Source of the DNA: Eledone cirrhosa
Taxonomy: Eukaryota
DNA length: 64,000 nt
Direction of reading: 5' to 3'
NCBI GenBank assembly: GCA_964016885.1
Contig: OZ024742.1
Location: 286,192,001 to 286,256,000, forward strand
In this document: piece by piece, positions 26,603 to 39,494 of the stretch
Layout of the letters: every line of letters begins with the position of its first letter
How positions within the stretch are numbered: position 1 is the stretch's first letter
Program-made: the position numbers and the translations under genes
The notes under the pieces: generated by a model
Databases searched by the model: none
Seen by the model: the letters and a program-made list of their open reading frames with translations, nothing else
Told to the model about the DNA's origin: nothing

Positions 26603-27017
26603 ATATATATATACATACATACATAATTCACACACATATATATATATATATATGTATATACCTATATGGAGATATATATATATACACGTATACATATTCA
26701 TATACACCCCCCCCCACACACACATATATATATATATACATACATAGATATTTACATACGTATATATATGCGCATCTATATATAACTTGATTATGTAAAT
26801 ATATCATTATGGGTGCGCCTGTGTGCTTCTAGATATGCCAGCTCCACTGAATGGACGACATATATATTGTATGTGACCGTTGTAATAGAGAACTTAAATA
26901 CTTATTAAACATAGAAGCTACGATGACATTGCAAATTTACACCACATTCACACACCCATTTCCTTTTTGCGTACTTTTTATTATCATATATTGTGAAAAT
27001 ATTCACATAACGTTTGC

Positions 27018-27052
<35 letters not shown>

Positions 27053-27062
27053 GATAGATAGA

Positions 27063-29290
27063 TTTCTTTATTAGCCACAAGGGCGCAACAAGAAAGGGGA
27101 CAATACAAAGACATGCCGGGGATTTTACATACAGTCGTGTAAAAAATATAAAAACAAACAATTACAACAATCGAAATCCCCAATAGGGGGGAGGCGCAAC
27201 AAATGGGTTGTTTAATGCCCCGTCGATAGAACAACCTTTAACTCCAGGAGCGTATTGTGCAAGTGCTCGTTTCTTCCTTTTGCTCTCTTCTTCAACCTAC
27301 AGGCTTATAAACAGAGAAGGCCCAATCACTCGGGCCATTTTCGCTTCATTCACCCACCTTTCAGTAAATTTACTGGGGTGCAGTGCCTCTCTCTCCACCG
27401 TGATTCTCCTTCTAAAGTGATACTTAAAGAAGGGAATCAATTGTTGTCCGGAGAGAAAGGCATCTGTCCTCAGTACTCTCAACCTCGTCCACCATATAAC
27501 TTCTTTCACCATAGCCACCGTACAGAGGAAAACCGCCTAGCTTTCGTTTTTGAAAGAGGCTGGCGGTTTGATCCTTACTATGGACTCGGTCTCCACCTTG
27601 GGGTTTTGGGAGATGACCGCAATTAAATTCTTGTTGTTGGTGTTGACGTATGCGTATTGTTGTTTGTGTTTTTGTTGTGTTGTTTTTGTTTGTTGTTCGT
27701 TCGAGAGTTTTCTTTTTACGGTGGGTGCATGTGTTTGGGGTGGTGTTGGTGTTGGTTTTGTTGGTAGGGGGATGTTTGATTGTGGTGTTGTTTGTGTTGT
27801 TGTTTGAGTCGGTGGTTGTGTGTTGGTGTTGGTGATTGGTGTTTTTGTGGCTTTGTGGTGCCTCTTTTTTTTTTCCGAGGCTGTCCTTCATTTTCATTTG
27901 GGGATGAATCGTCATCAGGAGCTTGCGGTAGGGGTATGTTGTGTGGTGTGTTTGCGGTAGTGTTGGATGGAGTAGGATGTGGTGGGACTGTGTTCTTCGG
28001 GTGAGTTGTCTGTGTTTTTTTCTGTTGTTGTTGGTTGAGTGGCTGTTTGTTTCGGTGTGTTTGCTTCTTTTGTGTGTTGTTGTTGTTGTGGTGGTGGTGG
28101 TGGTTGTTTTGTTGTTGATGTTGGATTGTTTTATTAAAGCATGTCTGTAAAGGGCAGGAGGCCTTTAAATGTGATGTGCTGTTACATCGAAAGCAGTGTG
28201 GTCTCCCCCCTTCAACTGAAATGTTTATGTGGCTGTTGTTGTCAACCAGGTATTTTGGAGATTCTCTCCGGCCTCATTTGCACCAGAATCTCCAAATTTG
28301 TACCAGACCACGTGTGATTGCTTGACTTCTTGATGGAGAGAATGGTGCCCTGTCCCTTCTCTAAAAAACCTGCCAATATCCACCAAATATTAATATTTGG
28401 TGGTATGTTGGATATTTTGATTTTCTGGGTTCTTTTTCCCAGGTAAGTAAGGAAAAAGATGTATTTGTTCGAACTGATCGGCATTACCGAATACTTCTTT
28501 GCGAGGGCCTCGCTTTTGAGGAGTAGCGAAATGCTTCCATATTGTTTGGCCCTTTGCATGAAATCTATATCCGGCAATATCTCCTTCAAGATAGCTTCAA
28601 TTTCCCCTTGACTGAGGAATGCCGGTTTTCTTGTTTCGTTTGAAACAGTTCTGAAGGTAACTGTCCTTCGAAGTGTTTCAAGACGAATTTCTGGGAGTAA
28701 CTTTATTTTAAACCTATCGTTTTCGAAAATGATAAACTCCTTTGCTTCAGAAAGCATGTCTCGCATTGGAGATATCGAGATCCTTGAAATTTTGTTTGTT
28801 CATGACTGTTTGTGCAAAAGTTATTCTTTTTGTGGTGTTGTTGTGGTTGTCGGTTTTTCCGTTTGTAGTTGTGTCAATTGTTTTATTTTCTGTTGTTTTT
28901 GGTGTCTGTTGTACACTGTGTGGTTCAATTTTGTTTTTATTGCATATTTCACTTTCATGAAACAAAACTGTTTTATCCTTATTCGTAGTTTCATTGATAC
29001 AGGCAGAGCTCGTAGAAACGTTAAAGTCTATTCCTTTCTTTCTTTTTTCTTTTTCAACGCTCGCTAGCGTTCCTTCTACACTAGCCATTGCTGATAGCAA
29101 AATCTAAAAAAAAATTTGAACAGTTTTTCAAATTAAATTTTCGCCCCTATGGAGGCGAAAAATGAGATTGCCACCCAGCTGATTATTCAGCTTGGGAGTT
29201 AATCTACAAAACAATGTGTTTTTTTATACAAGAATTTCTGTTTTTTATAAATAAATTGACAAAAACTTACCAGCTAAATTGTGTACATCC
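27063..29290 (-). mobile_element. Internally deleted Tx1/L1 element: ORF1 remnant joined to the last part of ORF2 and 3' UTR
   Basis: 28242-28766 resembles the ORF1s at 51891 and 57700 (RAKQYGSISLL, IPPNINIWWIL). 27297-27620 matches the ORF2 C-terminus. Ends CCTTGTGGCTAATAAAGAAA plus (ATCT)n. Confidence 0.85.
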
Positions 29291-29298
29291 TACTATCG

Positions 29299-29349
<51 letters not shown>

Positions 29350-29356
<7 letters not shown>

Positions 29357-29532
29357 GTAATAAACAACATAAGGCAATTATTCCATTTACCAGTGGTTTC
29401 TTAAAAGCAAAAAGTTTTGCTTTCAATCATCAGAAGGATTTTTTCATTCTGATGATTGAAAGCAAAATGTTTTGCTTTTAAGAAACCACTGGTAAATGGA
29501 ATAATTGCCTTATGTTGTTTATTACATAAATA
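29350..29532. repeat. Fold-back palindrome containing a hammerhead
   Basis: Arms of about 85 bp around the loop at 29436-29446. Confidence 0.95.
29443..29500 (+). ncRNA. Type I hammerhead ribozyme
   Basis: UUCAUU CUGAUGA UUGAAAGCAAAA..UUUUGCUUUUAA GAAA CCA C UGG UA AAUGGA. Confidence 0.8.
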
Positions 29533-29597
29533 TTAAGCTCTGTTACCTACATAGAACACTCTTTTTTCCTGGACTTTTCCGACGGAATTACTTCATT

Positions 29598-29669
<72 letters not shown>

Positions 29670-29706
29670 GATAGATAGATAGATAGATATGTATGTGTAT
29701 AAATAT

Positions 29707-29843
29707 ATAACGAAGGAGTTGTGGTAAGGAACCAGATGGACCATAACGCACCAGAGTACTCAATACTTAGGGTAGTAGAGTGGGTAATAAGAAAATGTTT
29801 GACCCCGACGGCAGAGCTCTGCCGTCGGGGTCAAACATTTTCC
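29707..29843 (-). mobile_element. Family Y element with fold-back centred on AGAGCTCT
   Basis: Homology to 26411-26602. Confidence 0.8.
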
Positions 29844-29845
29844 TT

Positions 29846-29921
29846 CGCACTGATTTTAGGTATCTAGTCTTTAATGCGTCGAAATACCAACGATAATCAG
29901 CAGACTACTGATGAGGACATT
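29846..29921 (+). ncRNA. Candidate non-circularly permuted hammerhead ribozyme
   Basis: GGUA UC UAGUCU, then GUC GAAA UACC, then AGACUA CUGAUGA GGAC. Confidence 0.7.
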
Positions 29922-30013
29922 TTATCCCTTGGTCTATTTTTATTTATATATATATAGTGTATGTGTATGTATGTATGTAAGTATATACGTATATATGTAT
30001 GTATGTATTTATG

Positions 30014-30092
<79 letters not shown>

Positions 30093-30137
30093 GAAAACGA
30101 AAAATCAGTGATGCATCTGAACTCAATTTATTATTAT

Positions 30138-30237
<100 letters not shown>

Positions 30238-30328
30238 CAATTAAGTATGTTTTGAAACAGCGAGTGAGTTTGAAATTAGAAATAGAAGCTTTTGCCGTAT
30301 TTCGCCGTATTTTTTAACTAAAGAAATT

Positions 30329-30439
30329 TTTGCCTGATAGTGGGGTTTAGAATCCTCTCAGAAATTGACGTACAAGTACGTCAATACTAATCTTTTTCCA
30401 TTTCTTAGAGGGTTTTAAACCTCACTATCAGGCTAAAAT
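30329..30439. repeat. Imperfect inverted repeat with ~38-bp arms
   Basis: GCCTGATAGTGGGGTTTAGAATCCTCT versus AGAGGGTTTTAAACCTCACTATCAGGC. Confidence 0.8.
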
Positions 30440-30483
30440 TTATTTAGTAAAAAAATACGACAATAGCTTCTACTTCTAATATA

Positions 30484-30515
<32 letters not shown>

Positions 30516-30753
30516 CAAAGGCAAACAGAAATAACAAAGTAAAAGGCACAGTACAATGAAGAAATATATTAGTTTTACGCTTGATATAGTAGGAAAAGAG
30601 TCTTAAAGTTTCGGACACTAGTCCTTCAGGAGATAAAATAGAATGAGAAATTAAAGAACAAATAGAAAGATAGAGAAGAGTGAGCAGTGGCAGAAACGAA
30701 AAATAATTCTTCGAAAAAAACAGGTCTATTCACCTTGCCATCACTTACGTGTG

Positions 30754-30830
<77 letters not shown>

Positions 30831-30833
<3 letters not shown>

Positions 30834-30952
30834 ACAAAGAGGGTGTGGTAAGATACCAGGTGGACCAGAGTACTCAGTACTTAAGGTAGTAGAGTCGGAT
30901 CTAGCTGTCGAAACGGCCGGAGCTCAGCCGTCGGGGTCCTGATTCTTTTCCT
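30831..30952. mobile_element. Family Y element, rearranged, retaining the hammerhead 3' half
   Basis: GTC GAAA CGGC..GCCG TC GGGG at 30907-30936. Confidence 0.7.
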
Positions 30953-30968
30953 ATATATATATATATAC

Positions 30969-31083
<115 letters not shown>

Positions 31084-31509
31084 TATATATACATGTATTT
31101 ATTTACTTATAAATTTAAATAAGTATATATGTATATTCTTGAATGGGATTGTATAAGCTATTTGCTGCGTCATTGATACATACACCAATCATGTGATAAA
31201 TCTTTATTACGTAAGAAAAAAAAGAATTCGACTGATAACAAAGCTATGTGTGTCACACCTTTAATGCGGCACTCTTCAGGTGTCAAACCTGATGTCAGTG
31301 CCTGTAACGAAACTGTCTGTAATGACATCGAATGTCATTCATGACTAGGGAAAATTCCGTCGGTGTATGTACATGTATGTCTGTATATATATATATGTAA
31401 GTACATACAGACACATATCACTCACACATACATATGTATATCTGTCTATCTGTGCACATATAATAAATATTAGTACACTCACACCTGTATATACATATAT
31501 ACATACATA

Positions 31510-31578
<69 letters not shown>

Positions 31579-31665
31579 ATTTATATTAGAGACGGTAGAG
31601 TCTGGGGTTCAATCCTGGCCAGTATCTAAACTAAACATTTATATATATATATACATATATATATT

Positions 31666-31800
<135 letters not shown>

Positions 31801-32119
31801 GTATATATGTATATGTATATATATTTCTCCCAAACACCCCACCTTATATATCACCAGTAAACTCCATAACTATCTACACATATCTCTCCCAATCCCTCTC
31901 TCTATATCATTCACCACCAAACTCTCCTCCTCTCTATATCTACAACACGACACTCCCTTATTATCCCCTCCCTATATCTACAACCACCAAAATCTCTTCT
32001 CTATATCAACTATACAGAACTCTCTTCCAATACTGAATTTTCCCCTTCTCTATATCTACCAAACGGCACTCACACCCAACCCCCCTCTATATATACATCA
32101 CCAATAAACATTCCTCCTC

Positions 32120-33395
32120 CCTGGACGCTGGATGGAGCGACCGGTGAAGCTGCTCGGGGTCTGGTTCGGACCGGACCTCCAGGTGGAGAAAAACTGGGAC
32201 GAGGTAACGGGCAAGGTGTTTGCACTCGCCGAGAAGTGGGGCGAGTGCAAACTATCCCTGAAAGGTCGAGCGGAGGTGGCGAACGCTTATATAGCGTCCG
32301 TCATCTACTACCGCTTGACCGTCGTGCCTTGCCCAGAGAAAACACTCGCCAAAATGGAGCGCGCGCTCTTCCGATTTCTTTGGAAGAAGCGGGCTCCTTT
32401 GGTGAGAAGATCCATCTGCTGTCAACACCCTTCGAACGGAGGGCTGGGGATGCCGTGGCTGACGATGCGTATACACGCATTAAGGCTACGGCACCTCCAG
32501 GTATTCCTCACCGGTCAGCCGGTGTGGGCCCTGTTTGTGAGGCGAGCCTTTCCGAGACTCGTCTTACTCACCGAGCTGCAATCCTGGGTCAAGCAAAGAC
32601 CGAGAAAAGTGGGCGACTGGCACATTGAATGTGCCCAGGCGCTCACGGCCCTCTGGCAAGCGGATACGGCAATCAGTGGAGACTCAACCTCAACATTCTA
32701 TAGAAGGTTGGTGCGCAGTAAGTGCGACTACGCTCTCGGAGAGGCTCTGGGCATGGAGGAAGACGAGCTGGCCAGTCTGTTCGGTAGGACGTTTGGCCCG
32801 GGACCGATGGACAACTTCCAAAAGTCCCTGGCTTGGCAATGTTACCGAGGTGCTCTACCCGTTCGGGACAAGCTCTACAGACACGGGCACCCGGGTAGGG
32901 ACCCCTCGAAGAAGATCTGTCCAAGATGCGTGCGGGACGAAGAAACCGTCGCACGCGCATTCGTACACTGCCCGGGCGTTGCTGACCTGTGGGGCTATGT
33001 AGAACGACTACTGTCGCGGGTGGGACCAATCCGGTTGACCACCGAGAACATTGTCACAATCAAACCGCCTCCCCCTTTCAAAAACGAAGGAGAGGTGGTT
33101 TTCCTCTGTGTGATAGCCATGGCGAAAGAAGTTGTATGGTGAACAAGGTTGAAAGGGCTGAGGTCAGACACCTTTCTCTCCGGCCAACAACTGGTCTTTT
33201 TTTTCAAGTACCACTTTAGAAGAAGGATCAGAATGGAGAGAGAGGTGCTCTACCCCGGCAAGTTTTATGAAAGATGGGTGAAAGTAGCGAGAATGGCCCA
33301 AGTGAATGGGCCTTCTCTCTATATCAGCCTGTAGGTGAGAGAGGAGAAGAATGAGAAGAGGAAGGAAGCACCCGCTCTTTCTGCTGCTGAAGAGG
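32120..33395 (+). pseudogene. Tx1/L1 ORF2 C-terminal fragment with zinc-binding motif
   Basis: Strong similarity to 55670-56852 (PVKLLGVWFGPDLQ, CPRC..HC); premature TGA at 33140. Confidence 0.9.
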
Positions 33396-33419
33396 AGGGT
33401 TGCACATTTTTTCGGGTGT

Positions 33420-34900
33420 ATGGTCCTGGACTCGCAAATAACCATTACATCCACTCTGTGCGACCTGAGGTCATTTAAGAGTTTGCCCTGTTTCCAGGAC
33501 ATCCCCAGGCCGCGTGCATTCACACATCCAACTCTTATATTGGCCATGTTGGTGCTGAAGAGTTAAAAAGGAAGAGGAAAGGAAATTACTTACCTCTTCT
33601 TCTCCTGGGGACCAGGCTGCACAATTTCCATGGGGGTGTTGGAAGGGTTGTTTGGTGGGGTGTGGGTGTCTGATGTGGGGGTGGGGAAACATCTCAATAG
33701 GACGCTGTTAAGTGGTTTGGTGCAGTTGGTCCCCACATGCATTGGATGGTTCTTTTTCAAAGTTACATAGGTTTCCGTTGGGACCCTAATCATCATTAGG
33801 TGCGGTTTGTTCGCTGCGTAGGTGAAAGTGATCCCTTCGGTTTCCACCGAAGGGTTATTTTCTATCGCTTTCAACAAAGTTTTATTGTTCTTGTTAATGT
33901 ATGTATAGAGTTTTTGTTGTGTTGTGTTTGTTTTTGTTTGTTGTTCTTGTGCGTATTTGCGTTTTGTAGTATGTGTTATGTTTTGGAGGAGGGGTGGGTT
34001 TTTTGTTTGTGATGTTTGTTCTGTTTGTGCTGGTGGTTGTGTGTTTGTGGCATTTTTGTTAATGTGGTGCCTTTTTTTTTCCTTTTCACCTGTTGAAAGG
34101 GTTCTCCCTCGTCGTCACTGTGTGACGTTGATACGGAGTCCTCTTCCGTGTTGTTGGGGAGGGTATATTTTGGGGTTTTGTTGTGGTTGCTTTTGTATTT
34201 GTTTTAGGTGGGGAGGGGTTGGGTGGAACAGTGTTTTGTGTTGTTATTTTTCCGTGTTGTTGTGGTTGTTGTTGTTGTGGTGGTGGTGGTGGTGGTGGTG
34301 GTGGTGGTGGTGGTGGTGGTTGTTGTGTTGTTGTGTTCGGGTTGGCAGAAGAGCCTTTTTTTTTTACTCGTTAATTGAGGACAGGCAGCCCTCAGGTGAC
34401 CCCTGCTGAACCAGCTCAATTTCATTTTGTGATAATTGAGCTGGTTTTCTTGTTTCGTTCGATATTGTCCTGAAAACCAGTTTTCAGGACAGCCTCTCTA
34501 CGTAATTCCTGTGGAGAATTGATACTAAAAGCACCGTTTTCGCCAAAAGTCACGAGTTGTTTAGCATTTGTTATGTCTATTGGCGTGTATAGTTCGTTTT
34601 TTTTAAGTCTGTACGAATGTTGTTTTGGTGTTGTTGTCTTTTTTGTTGCTGCTGTTGTTGTCACTGTTGGTAATATTGTTCATGTTTTCCTTGGTGTTGC
34701 TATTGTTGCAGTTGTTGGTTGTGGTGTTATTGTTCTTGTTGTTGGTGCTGGTATGATTTACCTGGTTTGGTTTCGTGGTTTCAATATTTTCAACGTTTTT
34801 CGATAATGCGAGGGGCATTATCGAAATTATGCAAGCTTTGTACTCCTACCTTCCCCCACCACTTTTCTTAGTGCGAGGTGGAAATGGCATCCATTGCTGA
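33420..34900 (-). mobile_element. Tx1/L1 5' portion: ORF1 remnants and start of the APE endonuclease
   Basis: MANIRVGCVNARGLGMSWKQGKLLNDLRSHRVDVMVICESR; TYVTLKKNHP resembles TYMTLKKKFP at about 53250. Confidence 0.8.
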
Positions 34901-35431
34901 TACTAAGTCTACACAGTTTTGAGATGAAAATGAAAATTTCGCCCCAGAATATATATATATATATGCATACAGGGGAGGTGGAACTGGGGAGAGCCAGGAG
35001 GGGAGGCATTCACCCCCAATATTTATATTTTGCTCCCCAAACTACTAAAACACATTTATTTGGATATGCACTACTATTTATGTACATGTTATATTTATGG
35101 CATATCGAATTTTTCTGACCATTTTAGAGTGCAAATAGCTAAACTAATCACTACAAATTTGCCCCCCCCCCCATACACATTTAGAAATGCTTCCATCACC
35201 TATATATCTATATATATTCCCTTCCCCGAGGTGCAGCCCTCGTGGCATCCCAACAACATCAGAGACCTGGGAGTAATTCTCGATAACAACTTAAGCTGGG
35301 GCAGTCACATTCTAGCTGTTGAGAGAAGTCAAATGAAATATAAACCCTACACGAGACGGAACCTCGTAACACCATTGAGTACTTTAACCCACAAACCGAC
35401 TGTTACTATAGTAATACACACATCTACCATG

Positions 35432-35733
<302 letters not shown>

Positions 35734-35891
35734 GATAACAAAATCTGATCGAGCTAACATCGTATTTAAAATTGAGTGGCACTGCTTCATGTGTTCAACA
35801 ATTTTTAGACAACTTTATCAGTGAAACAATTGTTAGACTGTAAATAAATCCCCTTTTTTGTACTGTTGACCATGTTATTCTCCACTTTTTC

Positions 35892-35958
<67 letters not shown>

Positions 35959-36205
35959 GAAAAGGATGATTTGTTAGGTCTTCATTACGTAATGAAAACC
36001 TAACAAATCGTTCTTTTTATTATTAGTATTAGTCTGCTTAGTACTACACCATTATGCTTACTGGAAACTATAAATCGAGTGCTCACTCTGGTCAACTTAC
36101 AGTAACTGCACGTTACAATCCCTAAATATATATATAGTGTAGGTAGTACGGTGAAATACTGGTGTTGGTACCAAATCAAGCACTTTATGCATAGGCAGAG
36201 TGTAT

Positions 36206-36550
36206 ATAATAGAAAAAACCAGCAAGATTCGTTTACATATGAAAAATATTTATTAGGTATCGACCTGTTCCGCGCGTTTCGCCGAGGGTTGGCTCAAGTT
36301 GACTCATAGGAGTTATGAACCTGACTCCGGTATCGATCCGCTCTTGAGGCCGGTGATGCGACATAAGATATACAACAAAAATATATATTTTGTCGCATCA
36401 CCAGTCTGAGGAGCGGATCGATACTGGAGCCGGGGCCATAACTCCTATGGGTCACTTTGAGCCAATCCTCTGCAAAACGCGCGTAACAGGTCGATATGCA
36501 ATAAATATTTTTCAGATGTAAACGAAACTTCCTCGTTTTTTTTCTATTAT
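36206..36550. repeat. Diverged fold-back (~155-bp arms) with decayed hammerheads
   Basis: Consensus of the arms gives CUGAGGA GCGGA..UCUGC GAAA CGCGCG UA. Confidence 0.8.
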
Positions 36551-36632
36551 ATATATATATATATATATATGAGCGGAACAACTAAACATTAAACAATCTT
36601 TTAAATAAATTTAAATATTTACCTCTTCTAGT

Positions 36633-36712
36633 GCCATGACCGACGGTTTCGCTTATAAAAAGATTGGAAATTCAGAGAATTTCCAATGGAAAGATATAGC
36701 TCTTCAGATAGC
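36633..36712 (-). ncRNA. Type I hammerhead ribozyme, intact core
   Basis: GCUAU CUGAAGA GCU..AUUGGAAAUUC ucu GAAUUUCCAAU..AGC GAAA CCG U CGG UC AUGGC. Confidence 0.82.
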
Positions 36713-36955
36713 TTTTCCAAATCTACTAGACATAAGTCCGTATAGATGTAGATATATCACCCTCTGCCCAGTGAATGAATCAAGCCGTTAAAATGACCCA
36801 CACACTTATTGGACCGTTAGAAAAAGCGGGAATTATAGACTCGCTGATATTTCATGCTGCTAGAAATAGCAGCATGATAAAAGCATTTTTTTCTCTACAT
36901 TAAGGAGAATTAGATAAATGATATAGATATCCAGTAGGTATTAGGTACCCACGGA

Positions 36956-36994
<39 letters not shown>

Positions 36995-37039
36995 AAGGAA
37001 AAGCGAAGTAGTTTCAGATGTTCAATTCCTTTAATAATA

Positions 37040-37205
37040 ATTGTTTCTACTTTTGGCACAAGGCCAGCAATTATTCCAGTGTATTACTGGTACTTTATTT
37101 TATCGACCCGTTAAGGATGAAAGGCAAAGTTAACCTCGGCGGGTCTTGAACTCAGTCCGTAAAGGGACGTAACTGTGCTGCAAAGCATGGCGTCCGACCC
37201 TCTAA
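37040..37205 (-). mobile_element. tRNA-derived SINE
   Basis: Near match to 18480-18645. Confidence 0.85.
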
Positions 37206-37494
37206 ATAATAATGCTGTGATATATATTTCAATGACGACAGTGGCCACACTGTTCTGTGTGCGAGTGTCGTGACATCATCAGACAGCTTGTTACATAATA
37301 AGGTTATGTTTCCGAGGCAATCCAAATTGAATCGACATGGGAACGGATGAAGTGTGTGCTTTTGGGTTCTTCATCCGTTCCCCTGTGAGTACCAATTCCC
37401 TCCCACCGGTCTGCGCGTGTGCTTTTGGGTTCTTCATCCGTTCCCCTGTGAGTACCAATTCAGTATATATATATATACCAATTCAGTATATAAT

Positions 37495-37560
<66 letters not shown>

Positions 37561-37857
37561 TGTCTATATGTATACGTATGCAATGTTTGTATATATTGTA
37601 TACGGCAGATGGTCTGAATTGTACGATTTGACTCCAGGTGAAACAAGTATGCGACCCAATTTTTTATATCCGTTTACGTACATATTTAATTCATGCAGAA
37701 TTATGCGTATATGTATGCGTGTATGCGTGAATATGTATAAATACATATGTATATGTATATATGTATATGCACACACACATACATACATATATTTTATATA
37801 TATATAAGGGCCGTGCCTCAGCATGGCCTCAGCCGGGTGGCTGGAACAGGTAAAATA

Positions 37858-37902
<45 letters not shown>

Positions 37903-37949
37903 TATATAGATAGATAGATAGATAGATAGATAGATGTGTGTGTGTGTGT

Positions 37950-38029
<80 letters not shown>

Positions 38030-38041
38030 CTGTGTGTGTGT

Positions 38042-38098
<57 letters not shown>

Positions 38099-38474
38099 TG
38101 TGTGTGTGTGTGAGGGAGAGTTGAAAGCAATACAATTTGATCGATCTAGTTCCAGGTTTAATATCTGAAAGTGCTCAATGAATATTTAACGAAGAGTTCG
38201 AATATTTCGATATACGACATTAGTTTACAGAAATAAATACGGAAACAGAATTGAACAACGCAGAAAAAAAATCATATGAAATAAACACAAATGAAAACAT
38301 CTATTTAATACTGAAGCAGATCTTGTTTTAAAAACTGAACTCGCAACTTGCTTTGTCAACCATTTTTTTTTTTTTTTTTTTAGCCAGGAAGCATAACGCG
38401 GCTTTTGTACGAAATGAAGAAAAAGATATTTAATTTATAACTGTGGGTGGTTAACGTTGCAATGGATTGACGCC

Positions 38475-38970
38475 CAGTTCTGTTCTCAGTTGTTTATTAC
38501 TAATTAGGCCGGGATAAACAACTGGCATGATGAGCCTCTCACAGTTGTTTATTACTAATGAGGCCGGGATAAACAACTGATCTGATGAGGTTCTCACAGT
38601 TGTTTAACCCTTTAGCATTTACATTACTCTGTATTTACTATTATATTTTCATGGTAAAGACTTTACCTTACATAATTATCTCACATAGTATCGAATCTAT
38701 GAGATTTTGATATTATCTATTTTGAGAACAATACCGTAACATAATTATGAACAGCTAGTTATGGCCGGCTTAAACAGAAAGAGGTGGGAGATTCTGGCCG
38801 GATATGGCCGGTTTAAATGCTAAAGGGTTAATACCAATGAGACCGGGATAAACAACTGATCTCATGAAGTTCTCACAGTTGTTTAATACCAATGAGGCCG
38901 GGATAAACAACTGACCTGATGAGGTTTAATACCAGATAGGCCGGAGTAAACACCGACTGATGAGATTCTG
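38475..38970. repeat. ~55-bp tandem repeat with internal hairpin, interrupted by a MITE
   Basis: CAGTTGTTTAT..ATAAACAACTG ATCTGATGAGGTTCTCA units. Confidence 0.8.
38608..38827. mobile_element. piggyBac-like MITE
   Basis: TIR CCCTTTAGCATTTA / TAAATGCTAAAGGG, TTAA duplication on both sides, empty site visible in a neighbouring repeat unit. Confidence 0.85.
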
Positions 38971-39494
38971 AAAAACTTTAACACAAGTGAATATTTGACG
39001 GTTTTTTTTATATTCATTGAATAGTTTTGATGACTATGTTTAGATGAGATTTATTTCCTTTCACTTGGAAAATGTTCTCAACAAAGGAGCGAGTCCCACG
39101 AATTGGAATTGCTATTCCCACGCATCTTTCTTGCCATTCTCCAGGGCAATGTGTTCTCCATTCCGTTCTCTGGGACCATGGGCCGAACTAACCTTTAAAT
39201 GAGAGTGGAGCTGTTTGGGGAAAATCTTATATTTGCCACCTAATCATTTAATTTTGTGAATATTTTATTCCCACACAAATAAATATCATATCAAGGTTAG
39301 CTTTACCTTTCATCTTTCCTAGGTCGATAAAATAGGGTAACATTTAAGAAATGGGGGATCGATAATATTGACTTTCCTTTTCCCTCCAATTCCTGTCTTG
39401 TTACAGTATTAGAAATAATTATTGATGATCCCTAAAAGAAGTCCGTGGTGATCGGAAAGTGGGGGAAAAAGGTGAGATTAAGCGAACATATGAG

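Noticed and set aside
31255-31345. Twister- or hammerhead-like motif (TTTAATGCGGCAC..CTGATGT..GAAAC)
   Set aside because: Hairpins are present but I could not assemble a consistent catalytic core
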